Sequence record: NC_023688.1
Strand: one strand, 5' to 3'
Length of the DNA: 64,000 nucleotides
How positions within the stretch are numbered: position 1 is the stretch's first letter; the number at the start of each line of letters is the position of its first letter. Shown piece after piece: positions 18,739 through 27,248 of this stretch. The notes beneath the pieces are model-generated. The model worked only from the letters and a program-made list of their open reading frames with translations. It was not told the origin of the DNA and did no database searches. Both the position numbers and the translations under genes were made by a program.

Positions 18739-21046
18739 TCTCCACCATCGTAGTAAAGCGACCTTGCTTATGCATACGAATGTGGCGGTTAAAGCTGTCG
18801 TCTCCGGCGTCTTTGCGGTGTGAGATCACAAGAATATTTGATTTCATCTTGTCAAGCATTCGGTTGATACCGGCAATGCCTACGTCATCACAACTACCGT
18901 CAAACACTTCGTCCATACATAGCAAGTTGATATTAACACCACTAATCATACTGCTAACGTCACGCCATGTAAACAACAAACTGAGATTAATTCGTGCTTT
19001 CTCACCTTCTGAGAAGGAAGCGTAACAGAAATCCTCTCGACCTCTTGAACGAATCGACTCGTTAAAACTCTCGTCCAGTGCAAACACATAGTCAGCACCA
19101 AGCGATTTGAGATATTCGTTGATCTTCTTGTTAAAGACAGGGATATACCGTTTGACGATATGCGCTTTCACGCCATTGTCTTTCAGCATTTCACCAACGA
19201 TAGAACGATGATGCAGTTCGAGAACGATTGTAGCGATCTCTTTCTTGTAGTCATTCAGTCGTTTCGTTGCGTCTTCAACTTGAGAGCAATCATACTCTTT
19301 CGCTTTTAGTTCGTCAATCTGATTTTTCAGATTTTTTGCATTCTCTGCCGACTTGTCATAAGACTCAGTATTGCTAATGATAGCAGCGTTTAAAGCGTCT
19401 ACCGCAGCGTTATAGCGAGCCAGATTCAAGTTGTGTGCAGTCTCACGCTCCGAACGTTTGCGCTCTGCCTCGTCGTCCAGCTTATCGATAAGCTGTTCCA
19501 GTTCAGAACGATGTTCCTTGTAATAATTCTCACAGTCGCGGATCTCGTTGTTAATACGATTCAGCTTGTTGTGATAGTTATTGACCTGTTGAACATGATT
19601 CAGCTTCATGGATTCGATTTCGCGATCAATACGACGAATTTCTTCGTTGTGTTCTTCGCTCAGAGTTCGACAAGCTTGCGCATAGGCAGCGGTCTGTCTC
19701 TCATATGCTATACGAATCTGTGTGTTGCTGTCAAGATCAGATCGATATTGTTTTACTGCTTCATTGTAAGCCAGCTCTTGCGCATTCAGTTCAGCAAGAA
19801 TAGCTTCCTGTTCTGCAATTTTAGCATCAATCGCGGCGATTTCAACATCAAGTTCACCAATTCTTTCATGAGAATGAGTTGAGCAATCGGTGCCACAAGT
19901 CGGACACGCGCCACCTTTCTCGAAGAACTCACGGCGAGCCATGATCTTGCTCTTGTCGATCTGCATTGCAGTTGACAGTTTAGTGGCAAACTGAATATCT
20001 TCGCGGACATCAACCTTTACAGGCTCAACGACTTCGGCATAAACTGGTTCATCCGGAATAGGAACGAGCGCAGTCTTAGCCACAAGCTGTTCTTCGGTAG
20101 GCTTGCTGTCTTCCAGCATCATAACATCATGATCGAGCGCACATTCATATGGCTCCATCAGATGATGTTCACCTAACTGACACTTCAACTCAGCGATGTC
20201 GTCATCGAATTTTACTCTCAGATCTTCAATCTGAGACTCCAGATTACCGCGACGTTCTGCGATTTCTGTAGAATCATCCTGTTCAATGTAAACCGGCTCG
20301 ATCAGATTGTCAAGATCGGTTTTGCTTTTCGCAGCACGTTCCTTGTAATCTTTCGCTTGATCGATAATCTCGCGGAAATTGGTAGTCAACATAACGATCA
20401 TCATGTTGGTTTGCTTTTGTTGTGCAGCAATCGCACCTTCGGCAGACTCTACTTCATTAGTAGCAGATTCCAACTTGACTTTCAAGAGATCTTGTTGAGA
20501 TTTCAACTCCTTGATTAGACCTTTGTTCTGCTTGTCCATTTCCCCGATAACAGAGACATCAAGCAGATCTTCAACGAGTTCGCGACGCTTACCGGCAGGC
20601 AGCTCCATGAACGGCTTATAACCAGCAGTACCAAGAACGATGATCTGTTTGAAGCTATCATAGTTGATGCCTAACAGCTCATTCTCGAAATACGCTTGAT
20701 ACTCGGTCGCGCTCGCAACCTCTTTTAAAGGCACACCATTTTTCTGAATTTTCAGAACGTTAGGCTTGATACCGCGCTCGATGTGATAGCGATCTTTACC
20801 AACGCTCAATTCACCTTCAACAAACAGACCTTTCTTGTTCTGTGAGTTTACGAGTTGTGCCTTTGTGATGTCTCGAAACGCTTTCCCATAAAGTAGAAAA
20901 GTCAATGCTTCGATGAAAGTCGATTTACCAGCACCGTTAGTACCAGTTACCAAAGTCTTTTTGTGTTGGTCAAGAACAACTGTGATGGGCTTCGCGCCCA
21001 CCGACATAATGTTTTGATACTTGACCCAATGGAATACTACGTCCAT
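18728..21046 (-). CDS. 46: Recombination ATPase/nuclease subunit gp46 (Rad50/SbcC-like), elongated
   Basis: GTNGAGKST Walker A, CPTC zinc hook, FSEGEKARI signature, MDEVFDG Walker B. Confidence 0.96.
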   Translation of the reverse strand: MDVVFHWVKYQNIMSVGAKPITVVLDQHKKTLVTGTNGAGKSTFIEALTFLLYGKAFRDITKAQLVNSQNKKGLFVEGELSVGKDRYHIERGIKPNVLKIQKNGVPLKEVASATEYQAYFENELLGINYDSFKQIIVLGTAGYKPFMELPAGKRRELVEDLLDVSVIGEMDKQNKGLIKELKSQQDLLKVKLESATNEVESAEGAIAAQQKQTNMMIVMLTTNFREIIDQAKDYKERAAKSKTDLDNLIEPVYIEQDDSTEIAERRGNLESQIEDLRVKFDDDIAELKCQLGEHHLMEPYECALDHDVMMLEDSKPTEEQLVAKTALVPIPDEPVYAEVVEPVKVDVREDIQFATKLSTAMQIDKSKIMARREFFEKGGACPTCGTDCSTHSHERIGELDVEIAAIDAKIAEQEAILAELNAQELAYNEAVKQYRSDLDSNTQIRIAYERQTAAYAQACRTLSEEHNEEIRRIDREIESMKLNHVQQVNNYHNKLNRINNEIRDCENYYKEHRSELEQLIDKLDDEAERKRSERETAHNLNLARYNAAVDALNAAIISNTESYDKSAENAKNLKNQIDELKAKEYDCSQVEDATKRLNDYKKEIATIVLELHHRSIVGEMLKDNGVKAHIVKRYIPVFNKKINEYLKSLGADYVFALDESFNESIRSRGREDFCYASFSEGEKARINLSLLFTWRDVSSMISGVNINLLCMDEVFDGSCDDVGIAGINRMLDKMKSNILVISHRKDAGDDSFNRHIRMHKQGRFTTMVENVR

Positions 21047-22074
21047 TAAGCTCCCTTACCTGCGGTTGCGTTCGCGTACAAATCTTGTACGTATTTTGAA
21101 ACAACTGTTTTTTCGTCAGCATCGATAGGCATGTTTTTAACATAGTCTTTCATTTGCTCGATAACCTTTTTGGTTTCGGTGATGTCTTCTACATCAGACG
21201 AAAAGTTATACACTTGTTTGTGTTTGAATTCGTGACACACGTTTTCCAACTGTGCCATAACAGCGTCAAGCTTTTCATCGAATTCATAGACTACCAATTC
21301 TACCACTTTGCCTTTGCACTTGTCAAACAGCTTTTCATCAAAATCGCCACGATAGTCAATTCTGATGTGCCACATATCTGGGTTAGCTACAAACTCGAAA
21401 GTCTCGGTGTCGGTGTCAAACACCCAGAAACCGCGAACTTCGTTTGCGTCGCCCATAGTCAAAGTGTAAGGAGTCCCAGTATAGAACACGTTACCTTTGC
21501 GGCTCGATGTGTGATAGTGTCCACTGACAACCTGCTTGTAATCGCTCAGGAAGTCGATTGCTTCACCAGTTGACGGGATACCCTTGTAGAACTCGAAACC
21601 ATCAAGCTCCCAGTGTCCAGCGCAATATTCTGACTCGGATTTCTCAACGAAGTCAAGAATTTCTTTTTCATTTTCTGAACACTTCCACGGGAACAGATCC
21701 CAAAGTGTATCGCCAAACGCTACGGTAGTCGGTTTGTCGATGATGTGAACACCGGGAACATCATGAAACATTTCAGTAACAGAGTTCGGATGAATCTTGT
21801 CTTTCACATGCATATCATGATTGCCTACCAGCTTGTAACGTTGCTCGAAAGCTTCGGTGTAAAGCGGGTTCAGCTTCTCACGTTGAAAGTTCATAGTCGC
21901 TTGAGACAGACCAGAACGAACGTCAAACCAGTCACCTACTTGCAATAGTACAGTGATGCCGTTCTTCTTCGCGTAGTCACACAAGAATTTGGAACCCAGA
22001 TAGATAGCGTTTTCCATGTACTCGCTATCTTTATGAGTCCCAACATGCTTATCACCTTCAATGATAATCTTCAT
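21046..22074 (-). CDS. 47: Recombination nuclease gp47 (Mre11/SbcD-like)
   Basis: GDKHVG, GDWFD, VGNHD, GHWE, SGHYH; start MKIIIEG after SD AAGGA. Confidence 0.96.
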   Translation of the reverse strand: MKIIIEGDKHVGTHKDSEYMENAIYLGSKFLCDYAKKNGITVLLQVGDWFDVRSGLSQATMNFQREKLNPLYTEAFEQRYKLVGNHDMHVKDKIHPNSVTEMFHDVPGVHIIDKPTTVAFGDTLWDLFPWKCSENEKEILDFVEKSESEYCAGHWELDGFEFYKGIPSTGEAIDFLSDYKQVVSGHYHTSSRKGNVFYTGTPYTLTMGDANEVRGFWVFDTDTETFEFVANPDMWHIRIDYRGDFDEKLFDKCKGKVVELVVYEFDEKLDAVMAQLENVCHEFKHKQVYNFSSDVEDITETKKVIEQMKDYVKNMPIDADEKTVVSKYVQDLYANATAGKGA

Positions 22075-22102
22075 ATTGTTTCCTTTGTTGAATGATAAAG
22101 CG

Positions 22103-22131
22103 ATCATACACACTTCGAAACTGAATGTAAA
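22103..22131 (-). promoter_or_regulatory. Gene 47 promoter
   Basis: (G)TTTACA-17-TATGAT, T4-early-like -35. Confidence 0.7.
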
Positions 22132-22138
22132 CAAGTTT

Positions 22139-22248
22139 GTGCGCAGCACTTCGCGTTAGCGAGAGAAGATAAAATGTCTTATATATCTTTAATGAGAATC
22201 TATCTTCTCTTCTTCTTAGGTTTCAATGAGTTAGCGGCAAGCCGCAGT
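22139..22248. repeat. Non-coding palindromic element, copy A
   Basis: IR agagaagata 22162-71 / tatcttctct 22201-10 around an AT-rich core; aligns with the reverse complement of 38881-39001. Confidence 0.85.
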
Positions 22249-22265
22249 GTAAGCACAATAGATAC

Positions 22266-22288
22266 AAAAAAGCCACCCGAAGGTGGCT
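22266..22288 (-). terminator. Intrinsic terminator (UUCG loop)
   Basis: agccacc-cgaa-ggtggct with minus-strand U tract; a second hairpin agggagc-cgaa-gctccct lies at about 22307-22325. Confidence 0.85.
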
Positions 22289-22328
22289 AATTTATTAAGC
22301 TAATTCAGGGAGCCGAAGCTCCCTTTAT

Positions 22329-22721
22329 TTAGATAGAACAGACTGGAACCGTAGCAGTCTCTGGTTGCTCACCAGACGCTACCTCAGTGTTTTCATTTAC
22401 TTTCGCATATGCTTCCATCACAAGTTCATCGTAACGCTGTTTTGAACTCAACCAGAGCGATTCAAGAACAGAACGTTCGATAGGTTTCTGCATGGTCAGA
22501 ACACGAAGCTTTTCGATAGCGTAGATGTAACCATCTTTGTTACATACATGCAAACATTCTTCGGCGTGTTCGCGCAAACGTTTGATTTCTTTGCCATGTT
22601 TGGCCAAGTATTTCTTAGATTTCTTCTCGACCATAGCTTTAATCAAAGCTTGTTCGCGTTCTTTCGCTTCGTTAATTTCTTTTTGATCTTGATCGATAAG
22701 TTGATCGATATTCTCGTTCAT
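22329..22721 (-). CDS. a-gt.4: a-gt.4-like conserved protein
   Basis: KEIKRLREHAE...YIYAIEKLR motif; position. Confidence 0.7.
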   Translation of the reverse strand: MNENIDQLIDQDQKEINEAKEREQALIKAMVEKKSKKYLAKHGKEIKRLREHAEECLHVCNKDGYIYAIEKLRVLTMQKPIERSVLESLWLSSKQRYDELVMEAYAKVNENTEVASGEQPETATVPVCSI

Positions 22722-22966
22722 TACATTTCCCATTTAAACTTGTAGTGTGATTCTTCGGTATCGAGCGAAATGATTTCGCCAATTAGTTTACCATGCTTGA
22801 CGCTTATGACGTTAGAACGAATTGAAAGAGGATCAATAATCACCGGGATTCCAGATTCGAGTAATTTTATTTTGAGCATATAGGGGACTAATTCGGGTTC
22901 ATCATTGCACTCATGATAATTTTCCCAGAGTGGAATAGTTACTTCAATATTATTCGTCGGCATCAT
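22721..22966 (-). CDS. a-gt.5: a-gt.5-like conserved protein
   Basis: PELVPYMLKIKL...GIPVIIDPL motif; position after 55. Confidence 0.65.
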   Translation of the reverse strand: MMPTNNIEVTIPLWENYHECNDEPELVPYMLKIKLLESGIPVIIDPLSIRSNVISVKHGKLIGEIISLDTEESHYKFKWEM

Positions 22967-23474
22967 CGTCATCCTCAAGGAATGACAATCCGCCTAGTTG
23001 CTTTGGCTTTTTAGCTTTCTGATTTTTCATTGTAGCTTCAAAGTCGTTTGCTTTGGTCATCATGTCATTATAGAAAGATAGGTCAACTAATTTTGCCATA
23101 TCTTCATCTTCGGCATCATGGACGTGTTCCAAAAAATACTTATACTTTGCAGCTTCTTCTTTCTTGGAATGTCTAATTCGAGCAATGAACGAGCGAGCAC
23201 ATATCATGGTAATATATGCGTGTGGATTCGTATATCGTTCGGTGTCAAAGTTCTTGCAGTATTTCAAGCAAGTTTCAACAGCATCACCAACCATCAGCTC
23301 TTTCCAAGTGTCGGTATAACGACTAAATCGCCAATAATTCGTGAACCCATAAGCGATCTTCATGATTGAAGAACCAATGAACTCGGGCATTCGCTCACTG
23401 GGGTTTTCTTTCAACTTCTCTTTCCAAGCGACAAATGCTTGATAAAGTTCCTCGTTGTTAACGTAATCTGCCAT
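22950..23474 (-). CDS. 55: Late sigma factor gp55
   Basis: YVNNEELY, IMKIAYG, FSRYTDTWKELMVGDAVE, NFD...NPHAYITM. Confidence 0.95.
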   Translation of the reverse strand: MADYVNNEELYQAFVAWKEKLKENPSERMPEFIGSSIMKIAYGFTNYWRFSRYTDTWKELMVGDAVETCLKYCKNFDTERYTNPHAYITMICARSFIARIRHSKKEEAAKYKYFLEHVHDAEDEDMAKLVDLSFYNDMMTKANDFEATMKNQKAKKPKQLGGLSFLEDDDDADE

Positions 23475-23476
23475 AC

Positions 23477-23537
23477 AGTATACTTCCTTTGTTTTTGTCA
23501 ACAAAAGAAGTATACTATGTAAATGCAACTTTATAAA
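23477..23537 (-). promoter_or_regulatory. Gene 55 promoter and RBS-sequestering hairpin
   Basis: TTTATA-17-TATACT; 10-bp IR 23477-86 / 23507-16 whose 3' arm overlaps SD AAGGAAG. Confidence 0.7.
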
Positions 23538-24973
23538 CTCCGGAGCTTATTTATCCAGTCTGATACCAGTTTAACATGCTCGGGTTGTATGACGTCAAGC
23601 TTTAAATCCATTTTTGCTGACCATCGGTAGAACTTTCCTTGTTCTGCTTTTGTAAAGTCGAACATGTTCACGAAACTAAGTTTCTTTTTGCGAGGCAGTT
23701 CTTCTTTCTTTCGCTCTTTACGTGCTGGTCCACTAATCATGTGATTTGTGTCGATCTTAGCCTCTAACAGATATCTCGATTTCAGATACTCAGCAGCGCG
23801 TAAATCTGGGACCAACAGCGTGACTTTCCATGTTGAATGCTGATTACGAATATCGGTACGCAAGCACAATTGAAACACAGGCTCAAGATATTTCGATACC
23901 AAATAAGCATCAATCAACTTGTTTGTGTCCATGTCGTGACAGCTAGACAGACATTTCAGCAACTCGATTTGCCAAGGCATAGGATTATAGCTGAATAACG
24001 CTACCGCAGTTGTGTGGCTCATATAGCTGTTTAGCCCGTGTGGGTTATAAGCAACTCGATGTCCGACTTTCAATGCCGCACGATAACTATTTGTTGTGTA
24101 GATAAACGGCGTCATGCCAACTAAATCATACACGTTATCCTTGACCTTGTTGTAAACACTTTCTCCGTCGATATCTTTGTCGGCAGCATATCTAGACCAG
24201 ATACCATCGAATAATGGCACGATCTCGACTCTACTCGAATTCGGATACTGAATGAAATCCAGTTTTTTCATCAACGGGCTTGTTTTGAATTTCCAACCGC
24301 AAAAGTCTTTGAGAACAACACCGGTGAATGTCTCTTTAAAGTTTGCACAAGCGATTGTGATCTTAGAAAAGACGTTCCACTTTTGAGTTGTACTATCATC
24401 GATAAAGTATACCACGTTATCTTTGAGAATAACGGGGATATTTTGCAACAGAGATCTTGCTAATGAGAAAACAGAACTTGACACCACATCATGACCATAT
24501 AGACCATCGGTAGCAATCTTTTCTACTTTCGAACGACACTCTTCTTTTAATGTCATTCTGCCATCAACAGTGTCGCAGTATTTCCCGATAAAGTCAAGGT
24601 TGTCAGTGAATTTCAACTGATTTAATTGAACAAAATCAGGTACTTCATCGATATAGAGTTCATGATCTCTCATGTCTTCATAATCTGGATATGCCAGCAA
24701 TGCAGCATGAGTAATGAAAATGACTCTATTATGACCGATGCTTTCTTTTATTACCTCGGCGACGCTCTTGCTTCTACTAACATGATCTGAGTCAATGATA
24801 ATACTGTCATTGTCACCACTAATCTTGTTGTAAAAGTCAAAACTTTGTTGCGATAACTGACAACTAATTGACGCTATGATACAAGGCTTTTTGTTCTTTC
24901 GAACGTGAGTCAGAATAGCTTTTGTTTTACCAGCAGCAGGGACCGCCTGTAGAATCTCAACGCTTGATGCCAT
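23531..24973 (-). CDS. SF2-like helicase/NTPase of unknown function
   Basis: QAVPAAGKT Walker A, FITHAAL, LYIDEVP motif II, later Q...R(TDIR) motif VI-like. Confidence 0.65.
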   Translation of the reverse strand: MASSVEILQAVPAAGKTKAILTHVRKNKKPCIIASISCQLSQQSFDFYNKISGDNDSIIIDSDHVSRSKSVAEVIKESIGHNRVIFITHAALLAYPDYEDMRDHELYIDEVPDFVQLNQLKFTDNLDFIGKYCDTVDGRMTLKEECRSKVEKIATDGLYGHDVVSSSVFSLARSLLQNIPVILKDNVVYFIDDSTTQKWNVFSKITIACANFKETFTGVVLKDFCGWKFKTSPLMKKLDFIQYPNSSRVEIVPLFDGIWSRYAADKDIDGESVYNKVKDNVYDLVGMTPFIYTTNSYRAALKVGHRVAYNPHGLNSYMSHTTAVALFSYNPMPWQIELLKCLSSCHDMDTNKLIDAYLVSKYLEPVFQLCLRTDIRNQHSTWKVTLLVPDLRAAEYLKSRYLLEAKIDTNHMISGPARKERKKEELPRKKKLSFVNMFDFTKAEQGKFYRWSAKMDLKLDVIQPEHVKLVSDWINKLRSL

Positions 24974-25205
24974 TATCCACACCAAAAGCAATTACATCAT
25001 ATTCACGTAGAATGAAAGCAACCAGATGCTCACGCAACTCGTTTTTCAACCACTGAGTATTTGCAACTACCTTGGAGACATCAGCATACATCCATTCGAC
25101 TTGTTCGTCAAGCCATTTCGGATCACATGCCATACCGGTTTTCTTGCGAGCTTCAACAGCTTCAATGATACGAGTGTTACAGATATTACCAAATACAACG
25201 TTCAT
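24957..25205 (-). CDS. Hypothetical protein
   Basis: 82 aa, SD GAGGTG, own promoter. Confidence 0.6.
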   Translation of the reverse strand: MNVVFGNICNTRIIEAVEARKKTGMACDPKWLDEQVEWMYADVSKVVANTQWLKNELREHLVAFILREYDVIAFGVDNGIKR

Positions 25206-25225
25206 TTATTCACCTCTCGTTTAAT

Positions 25226-25262
25226 GTATGCATATTCTTGCATACTATTCAGTGTTCGTCAA
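25226..25262 (-). promoter_or_regulatory. Early promoter with 7-bp IR
   Basis: TTGACG-17-AAGAAT; IR gtatgca / tgcatac. Confidence 0.6.
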
Positions 25263-25281
25263 CAACAAAAAAGGTTCTGAC

Positions 25282-25824
25282 TTACGCCAGAACCTTGTTC
25301 CAATACTTGTATCCCATCTTTCGTGCGGTCTTATACGACTCAACAGCACTTAGCGGTTGCTTATGCAAACGTTTCGCACTCTTGACGACACCGGCACTAC
25401 CATGAGAATATATATAGATCAGTCCGACCCAAGAAGGAACTTCATCTGGCTTGACCAGTCCTTCGGGCACAGCATACCAGAAATAATTCGACATATGACC
25501 CGCTTCTAAAGCTTCCCGCTTCGACTTGCGCACCATTCTGTGAGTCCGGTATAGTGTAGGCTTCTCTAATTTTTCTGAGATTCGAACGTGTTTCTTTGCA
25601 TCCACTCTGAAATCAGATCGACTCACTTTGATTTCTATTTCATCACATAACCCACTAGGACGCAAGCAAAATAAATCTGCCTCGTTGTCATATTGAGTAT
25701 AGCAGTTCGGTACGATTATATCATACCTAAGTTGAAATTCGCGACTTCTGGCAATCGCTGCCTGTACGTCTTTTTCAGTCAAGACAACCTCCTTCAAACT
25801 TTTCGCTAAAAGTTTTGTATCCAC
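25282..25824 (-). CDS. PD-(D/E)XK nuclease-like protein (MmcB/DUF1052-like)
   Basis: EADLFCL..SGLCDEIEIKVSRSDFRVD.KK, NYFWYAVP, VGLIYI. Confidence 0.7.
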   Translation of the reverse strand: MDTKLLAKSLKEVVLTEKDVQAAIARSREFQLRYDIIVPNCYTQYDNEADLFCLRPSGLCDEIEIKVSRSDFRVDAKKHVRISEKLEKPTLYRTHRMVRKSKREALEAGHMSNYFWYAVPEGLVKPDEVPSWVGLIYIYSHGSAGVVKSAKRLHKQPLSAVESYKTARKMGYKYWNKVLA

Positions 25825-26065
25825 CTACCCATTTATCGTTGACAAAAATCTGAGGGTATGATCTTGGAGGCGTGTCTTTACCAGCTCTTACTCTACATTC
25901 TTCAATATTAGCACGATGATACGTGAAACCAATAGATGATGAATCTTTAATAAGAATCGGTATAAATGTAAATTCTAACCCATGAGAACGACAGAAATCG
26001 ACGGCAGCTTTACAACCGGGACATTGAACGAATTCTTCCGGTACGCCGTAGATTTCTATTTTCAT
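25775..26065 (-). CDS. nrdH: Glutaredoxin (NrdH-like)
   Basis: MKIEIYG..CPGC, YPQIFVNDKWVGGY. Confidence 0.85.
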   Translation of the reverse strand: MKIEIYGVPEEFVQCPGCKAAVDFCRSHGLEFTFIPILIKDSSSIGFTYHRANIEECRVRAGKDTPPRSYPQIFVNDKWVGGYKTFSEKFEGGCLD

Positions 26066-26334
26066 GCGTTTTCGTTAACCCAAGCTTTGAGTTCTTCGAA
26101 ACCACCGATATAATGACCGTCGATGAATGCTTGTGGCATAGATGTCACAACAACGCCATGTTCTTTAGCGCGACGAGTCAAATCGGCTTTATTGATTTTG
26201 TGTTCTTCTGTCTTGCTGATCTTGGCGATAGGCAGAAAAACATAGTCTACCAGTCTGGTATCAAGCAGACGCTTGGCATTCAGACAAGGTTTGCATTCGA
26301 GTTCGAGAGGATCGAATCCGTATAGCTCAATCAT
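26062..26334 (-). CDS. nrdC: Thioredoxin/glutaredoxin NrdC
   Basis: YGFD...CKPCLNAKRLL, MPQAFIDGHYIGGFEEL. Confidence 0.85.
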   Translation of the reverse strand: MIELYGFDPLELECKPCLNAKRLLDTRLVDYVFLPIAKISKTEEHKINKADLTRRAKEHGVVVTSMPQAFIDGHYIGGFEELKAWVNENA

Positions 26335-26343
26335 TTATATTCC

Positions 26344-26721
26344 TTACATGCTTTGAGTAAATGTTCTGGAGATTACGTCCAGTTGTTGTTCTTGTGTCAG
26401 TGCGGCGAAACGAATAGCGTAGCCACTAACGCGAATTACCAGATTCGGATATTTCTCTGGTTGTTCCATAGCCAGAACGAGTTGTTCACGACTGAGAACA
26501 TTCACGTTCAAATGTTGGCCGCTGTTATTCATAACTTCGAGTTCAACATCGCGAGTTTCGTTAAAATCAATCTCGGATTTGATAGCGTCGAATTTAAGAC
26601 TACCAGCTTTGAAGACTTGATCTTCGCCATAACCGGGAGCACAAATAACACGAACAGCGTCTTCGGTAATAATAAAGATGCCGCCTTTCAGACGACCTTT
26701 AAGAATTTGTAGAGCTTTCAT
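26344..26721 (-). CDS. grcA: Autonomous glycyl radical cofactor (GrcA/YfiD, T4 vs.6-like)
   Basis: GQHLNVNVL...[15 protein letters not shown]...[10 protein letters not shown]. Confidence 0.93.
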   Translation of the reverse strand: MKALQILKGRLKGGIFIITEDAVRVICAPGYGEDQVFKAGSLKFDAIKSEIDFNETRDVELEVMNNSGQHLNVNVLSREQLVLAMEQPEKYPNLVIRVSGYAIRFAALTQEQQLDVISRTFTQSM

Positions 26722-27199
26722 TTAATCTCTCTATGTGAATGATTCGTTGATTGCTTGACCCTCTGAAATTCAAATCGATGTCTTTTAATTCGGACACGAA
26801 CTTTCCATCCACGAGTACGTCAATCAGTGATGTAACTATAACATGTTTTCTTGATTCAAGTAAACATTCTTCTCTTGTGAAACCAGTCCACAGCCAAACA
26901 GTTTTGTTCGGGAACTCAGCACGAAACCACTTGAGGAATGACACCAAACCGTCTAGGTTGCGTTCATAGAACGGATCGCCCCCAAGTAGTGATATCCCAT
27001 CACGCTTAATACGGGAATCGCTCATATCACGTCTGACGCGCTCACGTAAATCAATTTCTTCTTCTGTCTGACCTTTCCACGCCCATGTGTGTTTGCTGAA
27101 ACAGCCGGGACACTGATGATCACAACCAGCAAGCCAGATGCTCGATCTTGTTCCTGTGCCGTTTAGCACATCCAATGATTTATAGTCAAGTATTAGCAC
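26699..27199 (-). CDS. nrdG: Anaerobic RNR activase (radical SAM)
   Basis: [44 protein letters not shown]. Confidence 0.96.
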   Translation of the reverse strand: MLILDYKSLDVLNGTGTRSSIWLAGCDHQCPGCFSKHTWAWKGQTEEEIDLRERVRRDMSDSRIKRDGISLLGGDPFYERNLDGLVSFLKWFRAEFPNKTVWLWTGFTREECLLESRKHVIVTSLIDVLVDGKFVSELKDIDLNFRGSSNQRIIHIERLNESSTNS

Positions 27200-27228
27200 G
27201 ATTATTTTTACTCCAAACTTGAAATGTT

Positions 27229-27247
27229 AAAGGGCCCGAAGGCCCTT
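27229..27247 (-). terminator. Terminator-like hairpin after nrdD
   Basis: aagggcc-cgaa-ggccctt. Confidence 0.7.
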
Positions 27248-27248
27248 A

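Noticed and set aside
22075-22149. N-terminal extension of gp47 in the ORF track
   Set aside because: A promoter and a good SD lie inside it; the true start is MKIIIEG at 22074.
25282-25824. Homing endonuclease or restriction enzyme partnering the MTases
   Set aside because: The motif fits the MmcB-like PD-(D/E)XK family, and it is not linked to any MTase.
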